Source of the DNA: Paraspadella gotoi
Lineage: Eukaryota > Animalia > Chaetognatha
Direction of reading: 5' to 3'
Assembly (NCBI GenBank): GCA_051294375.1
Contig: CM119266.1
Location: 7,438,028 to 7,501,712, forward strand
DNA: 63,685 bases
The first letter of the stretch is position 1. Every line of letters starts with the position of its first letter. Below are positions 12,049-31,571 of this stretch, piece after piece. The notes under the pieces were generated by a model. It made no database searches and was not told the DNA's origin. It saw only the letters and a program-made list of their open reading frames with translations. Made by a program: the position numbers and the translations under genes.

Positions 12049-14066
12049 TCAAGGAATTGGGGGACCATCCTCGGTCCTATCCTCCTCCTCTCCACGAGTG
12101 GGTGAAGTCTTGCAGTCGATCTGGCATTCGCCCGTCTCCGTCAAGGAAGGACAGCAAATCTGAGTTGAGAGGTCGCAGGTGGAAGAGCAAGATTTCCGAT
12201 TAACGACCTGTTGCAGGAGGAGGAAGAAGCATTGATTAGAATTAGTTGAAAGATTGTTCCATTATTGTATATTAAGATTAATAATAATGTAGATAATTTA
12301 AGATAGTTTAAAACAATTTGGCCTCATTTTTGCATACGTTTACTTTTTTTGTGAGCGGTGATTAGATACATAACTAGTTTAACTACATATGTCATATATT
12401 TTTTTCATAAATATCTATCTATGCACTGAAGCAAATTTAGCATATGATAATTTATTATTCAAATGGTGTAAACTTTTACTTTCTGTTGGTATTTGATACC
12501 CAGATTTTGACTTATACATTATCTATGCATCATACGAAATATTTTTTTTAGATTTTGCTGTAAACACTAATGTGAAAATTTTTTTTTTCTTGAATAAAAA
12601 TCGGTCACGTGAACCAAACTTACTCTTCTACACTTTGCCATTTCTCTCCATTGATCTCTTTGAATTCCGCAATCCTCCAAGCCAGGTGGTCTTCGTCGAA
12701 AAGGCGGCCTAGAGGATCTTCCTTTGCAGGTAAATTGACATTCGTTGGCCTCATTCAGAGACGGACAGCAGACTTCAGTTTCGCTGTCTTCGCAGGTGGC
12801 GCAGCTTTCGCTACGATCAACCTGAGATTTAAATTATTTTAAAGTCATGACCCCATGCCATGGCAATGGCCATATTTTCTCAGAACGTTCCGTTTTATCT
12901 TAAATTTTAAATTAACTGTTTGAGTTAAAGATTAGGTTAGAAGTTAGAGTTAAGGATTAAGCTAGGGATTTGGTTATTGATTATGGTTAGGGATTTGGTT
13001 AGTGATTTAGGTTAAGGACTAAGGTTTAGGCTTAGAGGATAGGGTTAAAGATTAAGGATAAGGGTTTAAGATTTAAATTATATGGTTAAAGATATATTTA
13101 AGTTAAATGTTAAGATTAAAATTTAATTCTGGGATAAGGGAACAGAAATGGGGCACTCTCGAACAAACGAGCCAAAATTTTAACATTTTAACTTCAAAAA
13201 CTGATGTCATATGAGAAAATTTGAAATGACGCCTTAGCTTAGGATATGAGTCCTTATCGAATATCATTTCTTTCAAAAGCAACTCACATCTTTGCATTTG
13301 GAAAGTGCTCCCCATTGACCAAACGGGATTTTGCAATCTCGCAGAACTCGTCCGGGTGGACCCCAAGGACATGGACGTTTTTCCTTGCAGACGAATTGAC
13401 ACTCGTTGTTTGTTGACGCCGAAGGACAACAGATTTGGGACCTGTTGTTCGCGCAGGACGTACAGTTGTCTCGAGAGAAGAGTTCCTTCAAAGTGATTAA
13501 TTGTTAAATAATTACATATTCGAAATATAAATGTACAATGGTTTTAAGGAATATAAAAATATTAAAATTAATTTTAATATTGATATTAAACATTAATATT
13601 TTCTTACTTGGCCACACGCGGACTTGACAGCCGGTGCATCTTCCTCACTGATTCCACATTGTCTCATTTTCCAAGATTCCACGAAAGCGGGTCTTCTTCC
13701 CATCCATGAGCCTCCTTGAGGCACTCTTCCTCCCGGGGGACCCATTGCCCAAGGGGGTCTTCCTCCTCCGAAGGGTCTCACGCCTCCGAAGGGGCCTCTG
13801 CCTCCTTGGGGTCTTCTCCCCAAAGGACCCGACCATCGTTGCCCTTCAGCGTCTGAAATTTAACCAATGTAAAACAATTTTATAAATTTGATACTTGTAA
13901 AATTAATGTATAAATATCATGTATGAAAGCGATTATCATTATGTTTCAGAGAATAGTTTAGTCTTTAGTCTTTTTTTTAAAAAATATTTCGCAATAATTA
14001 TATTTCGCAATGATTATACTTACTTAAAGCAAACGCTGCGATAAACAAAATAACAGTTGCCTTCAT
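12049..14066 (-). CDS. Secreted 280-aa protein: signal peptide, Gly/Pro/Arg-rich region, three 8-Cys WAP-like repeats. Exons 14066-14024, 13852-13608, 13485-13288, 12821-12624, 12207-12049
   Basis: Signal MKATVILFIAAFALNAEG. GT-AG introns in phases 1,0,0,0 with strong gtaagt/gtgagt donors. Three repeats of C-x12-13-C-x8-9-C-x2-3-C-x6-7-CCPS-x6-C-x3-C. In-frame TGA, TATA box upstream. Confidence 0.88.
12848..13173 (+). mobile_element. Telomere-like-array element (family copy 2), in an intron of the WAP-like gene
   Basis: Left end tgaccccatg..ggccatattttctcagaacgttccgttttatcttaaatt, internal degenerate (TTAGGG)-like array, right end aacagaaatggggcactctcgaacaaacgagcc. Confidence 0.7.
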
Positions 14067-14210
14067 CTTCAGTGAGGACAGCGACTTTAGCGGAATTAGG
14101 CGCAATCGAGTGTCGTCGACAAAAGGGAAATTCGAGTTAGAAGATTTTCGGTCTCTTCTATTTTAGATTGGAGTTTGAGATTTGAGTTCTCGTTACCATC
14201 GTTGAATCTA

Positions 14211-14290
14211 TTTTATACCCGAGGACAAGGGGATGTGACATTTTCGTGACGCAAACGTGAAACGATCTCGTGACTCGTGACGCTGACCCG
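14211..14290 (-). promoter_or_regulatory. TATA box (GGGTATAAAA) and a cluster of CGTGA/TGACG motifs, probable promoter of the WAP-like gene
   Basis: ttttataccc at 14211-14220, about 145 nt upstream of ATG 14066; four cgtga motifs at 14245-14285. Confidence 0.55.
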
Positions 14291-14994
14291 TTGCGCCAAC
14301 AGGATGCAAAATTGTCTGACGTAAACAGGACGCGATTCCTTCTTTGATAAAAGATTAAACAATTTCGAAGTTTGGAGTTTCGAGAGACGGTGCACCCAGA
14401 TTCGCATTCAGACACGGCTTCACACATTTACAAAGGTTAACAGTTATAAAATATAAATAATAAAAAAAAGAAAAAAATATATAATTATTTATAAAATATA
14501 ATAATATTTTATTTATTTATAAAATTAATAAATAATATATACATATATAAAATATATTTTACTTTATTATTATTATTATTATTATTATTATTCTTTTTAA
14601 GTATATTTTAATTTAATTATAATTAATTTATAAATTATTTATAAAATAAAAAATATATATATATATATTTTTTAATATATTTTAGTTTGAATAAAAACTG
14701 ATTAATTTTTTTATTTTAAAAGGTCCCCGTTTTAATAAAAATATAAAAAGGACGCACAATGCGAAATGAGAACAAACTTTCATGAATAAACATTTCTCCA
14801 GGAATCCGTTTTCACAAACTCCCTCTATTCACACTAGATGACGCAGATGGAAAGGTGAAAAGGATGCGAGTAGCCTGAGTGTGAGTGAGAATATCAAGAA
14901 AGAGTAAAAATGATAAGTTTGTACTTTACTGCGCGAAAATTGAAAAGGGTGAAAAAGGTTAAACATCCTGAATTTGAATAAGGGGAAAAGAGAG

Positions 14995-15026
<32 letters not shown>

Positions 15027-15526
15027 TCTAGAGTCTCCTGTCCGAAACATTCAATTTAATAAATAATATAATAATTTAATAATTTAATAATTAAATAAAT
15101 AGAGACATTGCTCGGGAATGTTTTTTTTTATTAATATTAAAAACGATTTTTTTTTTAATACCAAAAGTCACTCACGTTTAAAATGGAAAAACAAACTATA
15201 CAAAATTTACACAGTTTTAAGCCAATCAATATTTGTCAAATCAATTTTCTAAATGTATAGGCTATACAGTATACATCATTGTTTCTACATATGAAGACAA
15301 AAAAAAACATGGCGACAAACACTTTGAAATTCCGACAAACGAGAATTCAATTAGAAAATATGAGTGGACATGAACATAGTAATTATTCTAAGTTATCCCC
15401 AATGCTACAATATGCAAATGAGATTGAACAACCCAATCTCATTTCATATCCAATGAAAGTTCATCCCTTAGAGTTATTCTTCGTCGTTCATATCGAATCC
15501 TTCTTCTTTTCATTGATAGATTCCAT

Positions 15527-18500
15527 TTAATCTTCATCTGTCATTTCGGAACCGAGATCTGACATGTCATAACTTTTTTCCATCACAAAATCTCCTCCTC
15601 CTCCGGCGCCGCCCTTTCTCTCTCCCTCGACGTCGTTCGCCGTCTCCCCTTTTTGATTCCATCCGGCGTTGTTCGCTCTCTCTTTCGTTTCGGCGTCTTC
15701 ATTCCGTTCGACGATTTTCTCTCTCTGCCGGTCGTCGGCGGTTTCAGCCTTGGAATTATCGGCGCCTCTCGAGCTCATCTCGGCACTGCACTCACCTTTC
15801 TCGGCACTAATTTGTCTTTTCTCGGCACTGCTTCCGCTCTTATTGCCTTCGTAAATAGTTTTCTCGGAATTACCTTCGTTCATCTCAGCACTATTTTCAC
15901 TCTTCTCGATACTGTCGGGCATCTCGGCACTGCTATTGAGCCCCCCGGCACTGCTATTGAGCCCCTCGGCACTGCTGTTGAGCCCCTCGGCACTGCTATC
16001 GAACTTATCGGCAATGCTATTGCGCTTCTCGGCAATATAACCATTCCCAATTTTCTCAGCATTGCTCTCTCGTCTCTCAGCATTGCCATCGGGCTTCTCG
16101 GCACCTCTCTCTTTGCTCTTGGCACTTTTCTCTTTCCTCTCGGAACTGCAACTTCGCCTCTCGGCACTGCTCTCTAGTCTCTCGGCACTTAAATATCTCC
16201 TCTCGGCACTGCTCCCTCTCCTCTCTCCTTCTCTCCCTCCCTCCTTCACTCTACCTTCTCCCTCAACCACGCCGCCGCCGCCGCCGTCGTCGTCGCCGCC
16301 GCCACCGCCGCCACCGCCGCCGCCTCCCCCGCCACCGCCGCCGTCACCGCTGACTCCTCCGCCGCCTCCACCGCCGCCGCCCCCTCTCCCGCCGCCGCCG
16401 CCTCCCGCGCCGCCGCCGCCGTCGCCGCCTCCGACGGTAAAAACGGCGCCCAAGACGCTGATACCGCATTCGACGCTGCCGATTCCGGCGCCGACGCCGA
16501 CGCGGCCGACGCAGCTTCCGGCGCCGACGCCGAAAATCTCGGCGAAGTCGAATTTGCCGATCGAAGTCGTGGAGGCGAAGTCGTCGTCGTCGAGGCGGAG
16601 GAAGCGAAGGAGGCGGAAGAAGGAGGAGGAGGGGAACGTGGGAGGCGGAGGGGAGGTGGAAGAGGAGGAATAGGAAGAGGAAGAGAGGAGGTTGCAGGCG
16701 CGGCGACGAAATTGTCGGTTGCTGGGAAGGGGAGGGAGGAAAGGGGAGGAAAAGAGGGAGGAAAGTGGAAAAGGAGGGAGGAAATAAGGGGAGGGAGGAA
16801 AGGGAGGAAAGGAGGGAGGAAAAAAGGGGAGGGAGGGAGAGGGAGGAAGGAGTGAGGAAAGTGGAGGAAAGGAGGGTGGAAAAGGGGAGGGAGGAAAGGG
16901 AGAAAAGGGGAGGAAGGAGGAGAATAAAAGGTGAAAAGAAAAGAGGAGGGAGGAAGGGAGGAAGGAGGGAGAGAAGGGGAGGAAAGGGGAGGAAAAGGGG
17001 AGTCAATCGCTGCATCATCCTAGAAGACAATCACAACATCAATCAATCGTAAAATTCCCTACTGCATCAATGGTTAATCAATTCCAACGATCCAACTGCT
17101 CCAACAAAACTATTCACTCCTTCACTGCATCACACTCTACCAATCATTCACTCCATCTCAATCTCACTCCATCTCAATCTCACTCCATCCCTCACCGCGT
17201 GATGTGAATCAAAGGCGAAGCGACGTATCTTATTCTCGCGACGACGATGAAAGTCAAAAGCAGAGATTCGTAGTAGGGATGAGGTCGACGGACGAAAATC
17301 ACGACTGCGTTGAAGACGGAGAGAGGAGTCTGCGAGATTGTGAGAGAGAGATGACAGATGATAGGTGGATGACAATAAGTACGACAATCATGTGTCTCTG
17401 TCTTTACGTCAAGTTTTATTGAAGTCATATTTAAGTGGATTTGACTTCATTTTATATGCCTTTAATAAAGGGTTTTTATCATTCGCTCTTTCGTAATTTA
17501 TGTCATTTCTGTCATTTTGTCTTTAATCGAGCTAAATACTAATGTATTTTTATTGTGTTTTTATTCTTAAGGGTTAACCTTTCAAATTACCGTCAATTCC
17601 AAACCACCTCTGAACCGCCCTCAGCCCTTGACACAAACCCCTTAACGATCAACCCGTTCTAATCCATTCCCACTTTCCTCACCACCTTTTTCACCACCAA
17701 CCACCCCCCCACCACCCTCTCCCACCTCCGCCACCACCATCGCCGCGAATGCCATCGCCGAGGTCTTCATCGCGTCGCCGATGACGACCGCGTTGATGTT
17801 TCGACGTCGTCGAGAGGACGAGAAGACGACGACGTTGGCGACGACGACGACGACGACGGCGACGACGAAAGCGACGACGCGTTGGATCTCCACCAGCGTC
17901 TCCAGAGAGGTCGGCGTCGTCGTCGTCGACGGAGCCTTGGTATCGTTCGGACCAGCGTCTGGGACGGTCGCAGTTTCTTCCTCTCCTGCTGCAGCTGCTG
18001 ATGATTCGGCAATGGAGGTTGCGGCTGTCTCTGCTGCGGCGGTGGAGGATGATGCTGCTGCTGCTGTTGCGGCGAACATGGGAGGAGCCAGAGTCGCGAG
18101 CCAAGAGACGACGACGCCGCCGAGAAAAAACTGAAGGGGAGGAAAGAAAATAAGAATTAGAAAAAGAAAAAGGGAGGAAAGAAAATAAGAATTAGAAAAA
18201 GAAAAGGGAGGAAAGAAAATATGAATAAGAGAAGGAAAGCAACCGAATTTTTTTCCTTCTCTTTCTTTTTTTCGAACTTGATAACAACTTATCTTCTTTC
18301 AAACATCTGTCTCGCATTTCTTACAAAATCAAATCCATTTTAAATGACATTTTCTTCCAAACCAACCGCCACATCTTCTTTCCGAACACAACCACACTCA
18401 CACTTTCGTTCCACCCACAACCACACTTTTCCACCCACGCACTCTTTGCTTTCCGACCACACTCACACTTTTGTTCTACCCACAACCACACTTTTCCCAC

Positions 18501-19825
18501 CCACGACCTTCTTTCCGACCACACTCACACTTTCGTTCTACCCACAACCACACTTTCCCACCACGACCTTCTTTTCCGACCACACTCACACTTTCGTTCC
18601 ACCCACAACCACACTTTCCCACCCACGACCTTCTTTCCGACCACGCTCGTCCTCGAAGTCAGGATCTGCACCATCGAAGCCACGGCGTCGAAAAGAGTAG
18701 AGATGAAGACGACGACGACGCCGACGCCGGAGACGACGATGACGCCGACTCGAAAGGCCGCGCTTGAATTGATAATGATGATTATTAAATGTATTAAAAA
18801 TGATAATTAATAAGATATATTCTAAAAATTACTTTGGCGACTAATGGTTAGAATTTTTTGCCTGATTAAAAAAGGGAATATTTAAAAAAAAAAAAGAAGA
18901 TTTTCTTTTGTTTATTTACTTTGTTGTCAGTAAAATATTTTTACATTGTTTCAAAATTTTAACAATTTATAAAAATCTAAACGTTTTAAATATATTAAAT
19001 AAAAATGTACTTAATAAAAAATTAAAGTACACATTGCAGTACTGATTCTAGTTAATAACCCTTTCCAAATATCTATTGTCACCCGTTGGCCGCAGAAGCG
19101 ATCCAACCCAAGTGAAGAACGAGGGCGACGGTTCCGGTCGCCGCGTCGGCGACGCACATGTTGAGGCGGAAGAGATCCGCGTCAGCCTGGCGGGAAATAC
19201 AAGAACTAAAAAAAAACAAAAGGATAAAAAATGTAATCAAATAATCCAACTTAATCTTCATAGACTTAGTGAAGATAAATAGTTGAATTAAATAACTAAT
19301 ATTAAAAAGAGAAGCGACAGTCGGGAAATGAATCATTTAGGTAAACAGAAAAAAAAACCCAAATAATAAAACGAATAATGTTACATTGTAGGCAAGGGCC
19401 TACTGCCAGATCAACAACCAACAAAAACAATAACATCAACAAAAAAATAACATTAAGGCAAGAACGCCTCAAACAAAATACGTCGACCATAACATCAACG
19501 AAAATATCCTCGCCTCACTTTTCGCAGGGATTTTCTTCGGGTCCACGAGACGACGACGATGACGACGACGTCGAGAACGACGGCGACGACGGCGACGACG
19601 ATGTGGACGATGACGACGACGACGTCCAACCAGAAGAGACGTATGGGTAGAGCTGGATCCCTAAACGGAAATAATAGTTCATAATAAAATGTATAGTTAC
19701 ATTTAAAACTAAACAAAGTCTTACTCCTGTACTCCGAGCGAAGAATCGTTGGGTGTCGCTGACTTCATTGTTAAAAAAATCGAGATAAAAATGTCAACAA
19801 ATGAACATTTTGAAGAAAGATTCAT
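15527..19825 (-). CDS. Highly divergent rhodopsin-class (class A) orphan GPCR, ~737 aa, with a ~390-aa C-tail. Exons 19825-19725, 19660-19519, 19186-19083, 18762-18630, 18130-17726, 17329-17196, 16721-15527
   Basis: Seven hydrophobic segments in order, joined by phase-consistent GT-AG introns (2,0,2,0,0,2). N-terminal sequons NLS and NDS, ICL1-TM2 RRKSLRK|ADADLFRLNMCVAD, TM4 SWLATLAPPMF, TM6 AE|TPL, TM7 SPLIH, helix 8 RNRQFRRRACNLL. Confidence 0.78.
15760..16215 (-). repeat. Coding ~21-nt tandem repeat (S-S-A-E-x-x-x heptads, about 20 units) in the GPCR C-tail
   Basis: Recurring ctcggcact on the plus strand; translates SSAERRY, LSAERLE, SSAEGLN SSAEGLN and similar. Confidence 0.85.
18392..18644. 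repeat. Minisatellite, four copies of a ~61-65 nt unit overlapping the GPCR exon 4 donor
   Basis: Unit ccacactcacactttcgttccacccacaaccacactttcccacccacgaccttctttccga repeated four times. Confidence 0.92.
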
Positions 19826-21442
19826 ACGAATTAATGACCATCGTTGTTGTCATCTTCCGAAAAATGAAGATGTCAGTCATTATCGGGAAAAAGTCGGCGA
19901 CGAAAAGTCGGTTAGGAGCGTCAGGGGCTAATAATTCACAGGGAATATTTTATCAGATACTTCTATTTTCGTATTTTGCTAAAATTACATCTATTCGTAA
20001 TAACTTTTAATACATGATTGATTGCATGCTTAAATGCATCTATCATTGTTAGATAGGTATTTTTCCAAATCGGCCGTCAAGAAATATTTATCCCTGATAA
20101 TCCCGAAATCGATGTCATCCTTTCTGATCCTTAGATTCTTTCTTTCCTTCGTTTAATGCAAATGTTGTTCCTGCAAATGTTGTTTTCTTTTTTGTTGTTG
20201 TTTCTATCGGTACTGTTTTTATTGTTGTTCATTAAAATATTTGCTGGTTGTTGCGTCAGATACTGTTCCTAAATTTTTCAATTATTCCTTCAAACATTTT
20301 TTTTTTCCTCTTCTTCTTTCAAAAGTTCTTCCCTTTTTTATTATTTTTATTTCCACACTTTCGAAGGAAAACTAAAAATATTTTTGTTTAGGAAATCTGT
20401 ATGTATTTCGTGTTTTAATGTACACAATGACAATTGATATATAGTTTTATGTCATAAATTACAACAAGGTTTACAAATTAATTTTGGAATGCCGCTCGAA
20501 AAGATTAAGTGTCGATAGAAAAGCTAATAAATACACAATTATGACATTAATTTATTGATTAATATGTTATTAATTATGACATTAATTTATTGGAAAATGT
20601 GTAAATAATCTTGACCGAAAAATATGAATTTATATTTCGAAATCAGCAATAGATACAAATTAATTGAACAACTCTTTACAAAAGAAATTCAGTATTGGTT
20701 ATTTTAAAAACTTTTCATTTTTTGTTCATTAAAACCAAAAAAAATGTTTTAATTAGCTATGAAATTTTTCTTAAGTGAAAGACAAATTGAGACGATTCAA
20801 ATAACTCCAATTAGAATATATATATATATATTGATTAGTTTCGAAAATATAGTAAGTTACATAGTACATGATTGAGTATTCAGGTCAAATTCCATGGACG
20901 ATTTGAATAAAAGTGTTCGCCACAGTGATTAGGACGATTTGTGAGAGGTCGTCCTCCACAGTGGATAAAGATTTTGTCTTTTTGCTTCATTGATCCTGAA
21001 AAAAAAGTCAACAATGTAAAATTATTATTATTTTTATTGTTAATCTTTGAAACAATTTTCCTTTTGTTATTTATTGGTTTCAAATCCAATAAAATTAATT
21101 AATCCGTCGCTCTAGCGAGAAATTTCGGAACTAAGGTTTATTTTAAACGGCAAATGAACAAGTAGAGTAAAAGATATAAATTTTTACATATTTTATTCGA
21201 AAAACTAAATTCATTAAATTTTCTAATTTTTTTAGAAATTTAAGCTTTATATTGTTATCACTACACCGCATCCAGTATAATTTTTAACCCGGCCCGTCCA
21301 TACCTTATGAAGTTATGTACTAACCATTTCTTCTATCCAACTTCACAAATCGACTTAACTGCCCTTCGCCGACTTACCACTAATTCCCCTCAACCCCACC
21401 CTCTTTCAAACTTACCAACTGCTCCTTCTTCCCAACTCCAAT

Positions 21443-28514
<7,072 letters not shown>

Positions 28515-28670
28515 ATTCGATGTTCGGAGCTACAGTAAGAATCAGATTTTACGTATTGATAAATATTACAATTAGAGGTCAAACATCGGTACTGAATCAG
28601 TATTGAATAAAATATATATACNNNNNNNNNNGATTCCCTTTTGTTTCGACTTCGGCGTCGAAGACTTTCG

Positions 28671-28681
28671 CTTTTATACCC
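28671..28681 (-). promoter_or_regulatory. TATA box GGGTATAAAAG upstream of the signal-peptide exon (probable neuropeptide gene promoter)
   Basis: Canonical TATA. The duplicate copy (39351 onward, +) spans the N-gap and shows a non-coding exon ending aag|gtaagg, then an acceptor ttcttactgtag just before the ATG. Confidence 0.6.
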
Positions 28682-28697
28682 GCGCGCCGAACCCAAG

Positions 28698-28732
<35 letters not shown>

Positions 28733-29079
28733 ACGACGACAACGTCAAAAGCCGATGAAAAATGAAAAAAAGAATTAATCTCGCCACCAGATGGAATTGT
28801 TTGCAGGGCGTACTAAGTCAGGGTGGTACCTTAGGGTGAGGTCAGGTGAGGTTCGTCGAGATTGAGTCAGATTGAGCCGGGCTTTTTTTCCTCGATTGCT
28901 TTGTCGAACGGCGAATGGCGGCCGGCGACGGAGCGTCGGGGCGTCGGGGCGGCGCCGCTAAGACGATTGGCGCCGTACGTTTCCGGAGTGGTCGGTCGCC
29001 GGATTAATTATTCGGCCAACGGAGACAAGAAACGTCAAAACAAGTCATGAATTGTATTTACATTGTACGGATGAATTTT

Positions 29080-29200
29080 GGCACCATTTTTCAAAAGCGC
29101 CCCACCCTGAATTTAATTCTAATCTTAATAATGCACTAACCAAGAAACTAACTTAATTCTGAATTAAAGCTGAAAAAAAGTGATTTTGGAAAATATGTCC
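29080..29200 (-). mobile_element. Short, internally deleted copy of the telomere-like-array element (copy 3)
   Basis: tttttcaaaagcgcccca...ttaattctgaattaaag...ggaaaatatg matches both family ends. Confidence 0.5.
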
Positions 29201-30656
29201 GAACTGTGTTCTGGACTGTGACTTATATATTTGGGGATTTTAAAAGTTGAAAAAAATTGGGGTTTTAAAATCGAGAGTTTTATCTGTTTTGTCATCTATT
29301 TTGGATGTAAATACTGTTATTAATCCGATGAGAGTAATGGCAAAATTTGAACTAAACAACTCCTTTGACTTTTTTATATTTTTTAAAATTTCGTTGTCAT
29401 CTCTCTCACACCAGTAGAGAAGCCTTACAAACTCGTCTTGTTTTGACAAAGAACTCCTGATTTGTTCCCCATCTTCATGGCACCTGCTATGAGTAATCCC
29501 CTACTATTTCGGCATCTGTCTCTCTCGCGTTTGCGTCACGTGACCCTGCACCTTCCAACTTCTTTCTCTCTGAGAAGAATTCATTTCGACCAAATCCGAT
29601 TTCTTGGAATTGATTTCGGTCCTCGTCGACATCGTCGTCGTCGTCGTCGTCGTCGACACCGGCTTGTTTGTTTCTCATTCCCGTCACTAGGTGTCAAGTC
29701 GTGTCAATCTCCAAAACGTGGAAAACAAATGACCAGCAGTTTGTAAAGTTATACGGAAGACGACGTCAACTATGATGACGAGAAGGGAAACCACGACGAT
29801 GAAGATGACGACTATTAATTTGACGACGACGATGATCCCGAAGACCATGATGACGACGACGACGATGAGGACGACGAAGACAACAATCATGAAGATGACG
29901 ACAACGCTAACGATTAGGGCGACGACGATGATGACGATGACGACGATAATGAAGATAATGAAGATGGCGTTCAACGGGGAAAAAGATAATGACGTTACAG
30001 AGAGTGAAACGTCAAGACCAAAGACAATAACAAATCGTAGATAAGTATATAAGTAAGCCAATGTAGAAATGAAATATTAAAGCCGGTATTATGTGTAGTG
30101 GTTTCCATGTACGACGATGACAAACATGTCATCTCTATAAACAATGATAAAACGACAAAAAGAGATGACAATAAATGACAATTGGGAAGACGAATTCCTG
30201 TTGACGTGGACGACGGGAATTTAAAATGCGATGATTCACTACGAATTTTTTTGAGACTAAAAACTCGGGGAAAAACTTGGGGAAATCAATGAATTTAAAA
30301 AAAAAAATTTTCTCGTCTTTTTTTTTCATTCTACTTTATATAAATATTTTTCTCTTTAACTTAACTTAACTTAACTTAACTTAACTTAACTTAACTCTCT
30401 CTCTTTTTATTTCTTTCCATTTTGTTTATTTTTTTTCTTTTCTTTGCTACTTCTGTATTCGTTTCTCCTTTTTTCTTATCTTTTATCTTTTCCAGCAGCA
30501 GCAGCAGCAACAGCCCTGGCGCACGCGTTGACCCTTTGGTTAAATCCCCCGGGTAATTTTTTTAGGAGAGAAAAAAAGTATTTGTTGACAGGGTAAAAAA
30601 TAAACAAATAAAAAACGATCGTAAAACGTTTATAATACATAATAATAATATAAAAA

Positions 30657-30974
30657 GCCTTATTTTTCCAGAACGTCCCATTTTGTCTTAAATTCAGAAT
30701 CAAGTTAATTTTTTTAATTAAAGATGAGGTAAGAGGTTAATAATGAGGTTAGTAATTAGGTTAGTGATTAGGATTAAGAATTGAGGTAAGGCACTAAGGT
30801 TTAAGCTTAGTTACGGTTAGGATTCGGTTACGGTTTTAGATTAGGGTTAGTAATTAGAGTTAGGGATTTTATTATAAGTTTAAGAGCATGTTTACGTTTA
30901 GGTTGAATATTAAAGTTAAAATCAAACGCCGGGTCAAAGAAACAGAAATGGGGCGCTCATGAAAAAGAGAGCCC
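30657..30974 (+). mobile_element. Telomere-like-array element (copy 4); duplicated in inverted orientation at ~37030-37352
   Basis: tatttttccagaacgtcccattttgtcttaaatt, then a degenerate ttagg/ttaggg array, then aacagaaatggggcgctcatgaaaaagagagccc. Confidence 0.7.
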
Positions 30975-31571
30975 TACAATTTCCCCGGGGTACTTCGTCA
31001 AGAAAACAACAACAACAACAAGGGCGAGAAATTCCCGAATTATTTTCGGTGCTGGTATCGAAAAATCTCGATCGCGAATCGAATCTCACGAAATAAAAGA
31101 AAAAAGAAACAAGGATCAAAACAAACAAAACAGATTTTTACGTCGAACGATTGTGTTTCGTCATCGGGGATATAAATATAAAGCGAGAATCGTTTTTATT
31201 GATTCCTCGTTTTGGATTAAGTGAATGAATTCTCTTAAATTTTTTTTTTAAAGAAAATACATTTGCAAAGTGAAGAACAAATAAAAACTGAGTAATATTT
31301 TAATGAGTTTGAGCGAATTTTATTTGATAGAATGAAGCAAAAAAAGGTGGAGAAGTAAGGAGGGGAAGAGGTAAGAGATATTTAGAAGTAAGAGAAGAAG
31401 AAGAGGAGAGGATATTTAGAAGTAGGAAGAGGAAGATAAATAGGATATTAAGAATTTAAAAAAAGGAAAAAAATAATACCAAAAAATAAAACTGTTTTAA
31501 TATAAAAATTCTATCAAAAAAACTACATATAACAGAGTAGGTTGTCCCTAATTCTTCCCCCTCTCATACCA

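Noticed and set aside
16062-17052. Poly-Pro ORF 16062-16673 (+) and ORF 16344-17030 (-)
   Set aside because: Antisense or alternate frames of the GPCR poly-Gly tail and an intronic pyrimidine tract. The 16721 acceptor gives a proper helix 8 and was preferred.
18392-18644. Regular repeats as a possible CRISPR array
   Set aside because: Head-to-tail units with no unique spacers, in a eukaryotic intron, with no cas genes.
29462-30061. Thr/Met-rich, Asp-rich and Val/Ile-rich ORFs (and their copies at 37944-38513)
   Set aside because: Degenerate (GAC/GAT)n repeat; frames are interrupted, with no splice partners or domains.
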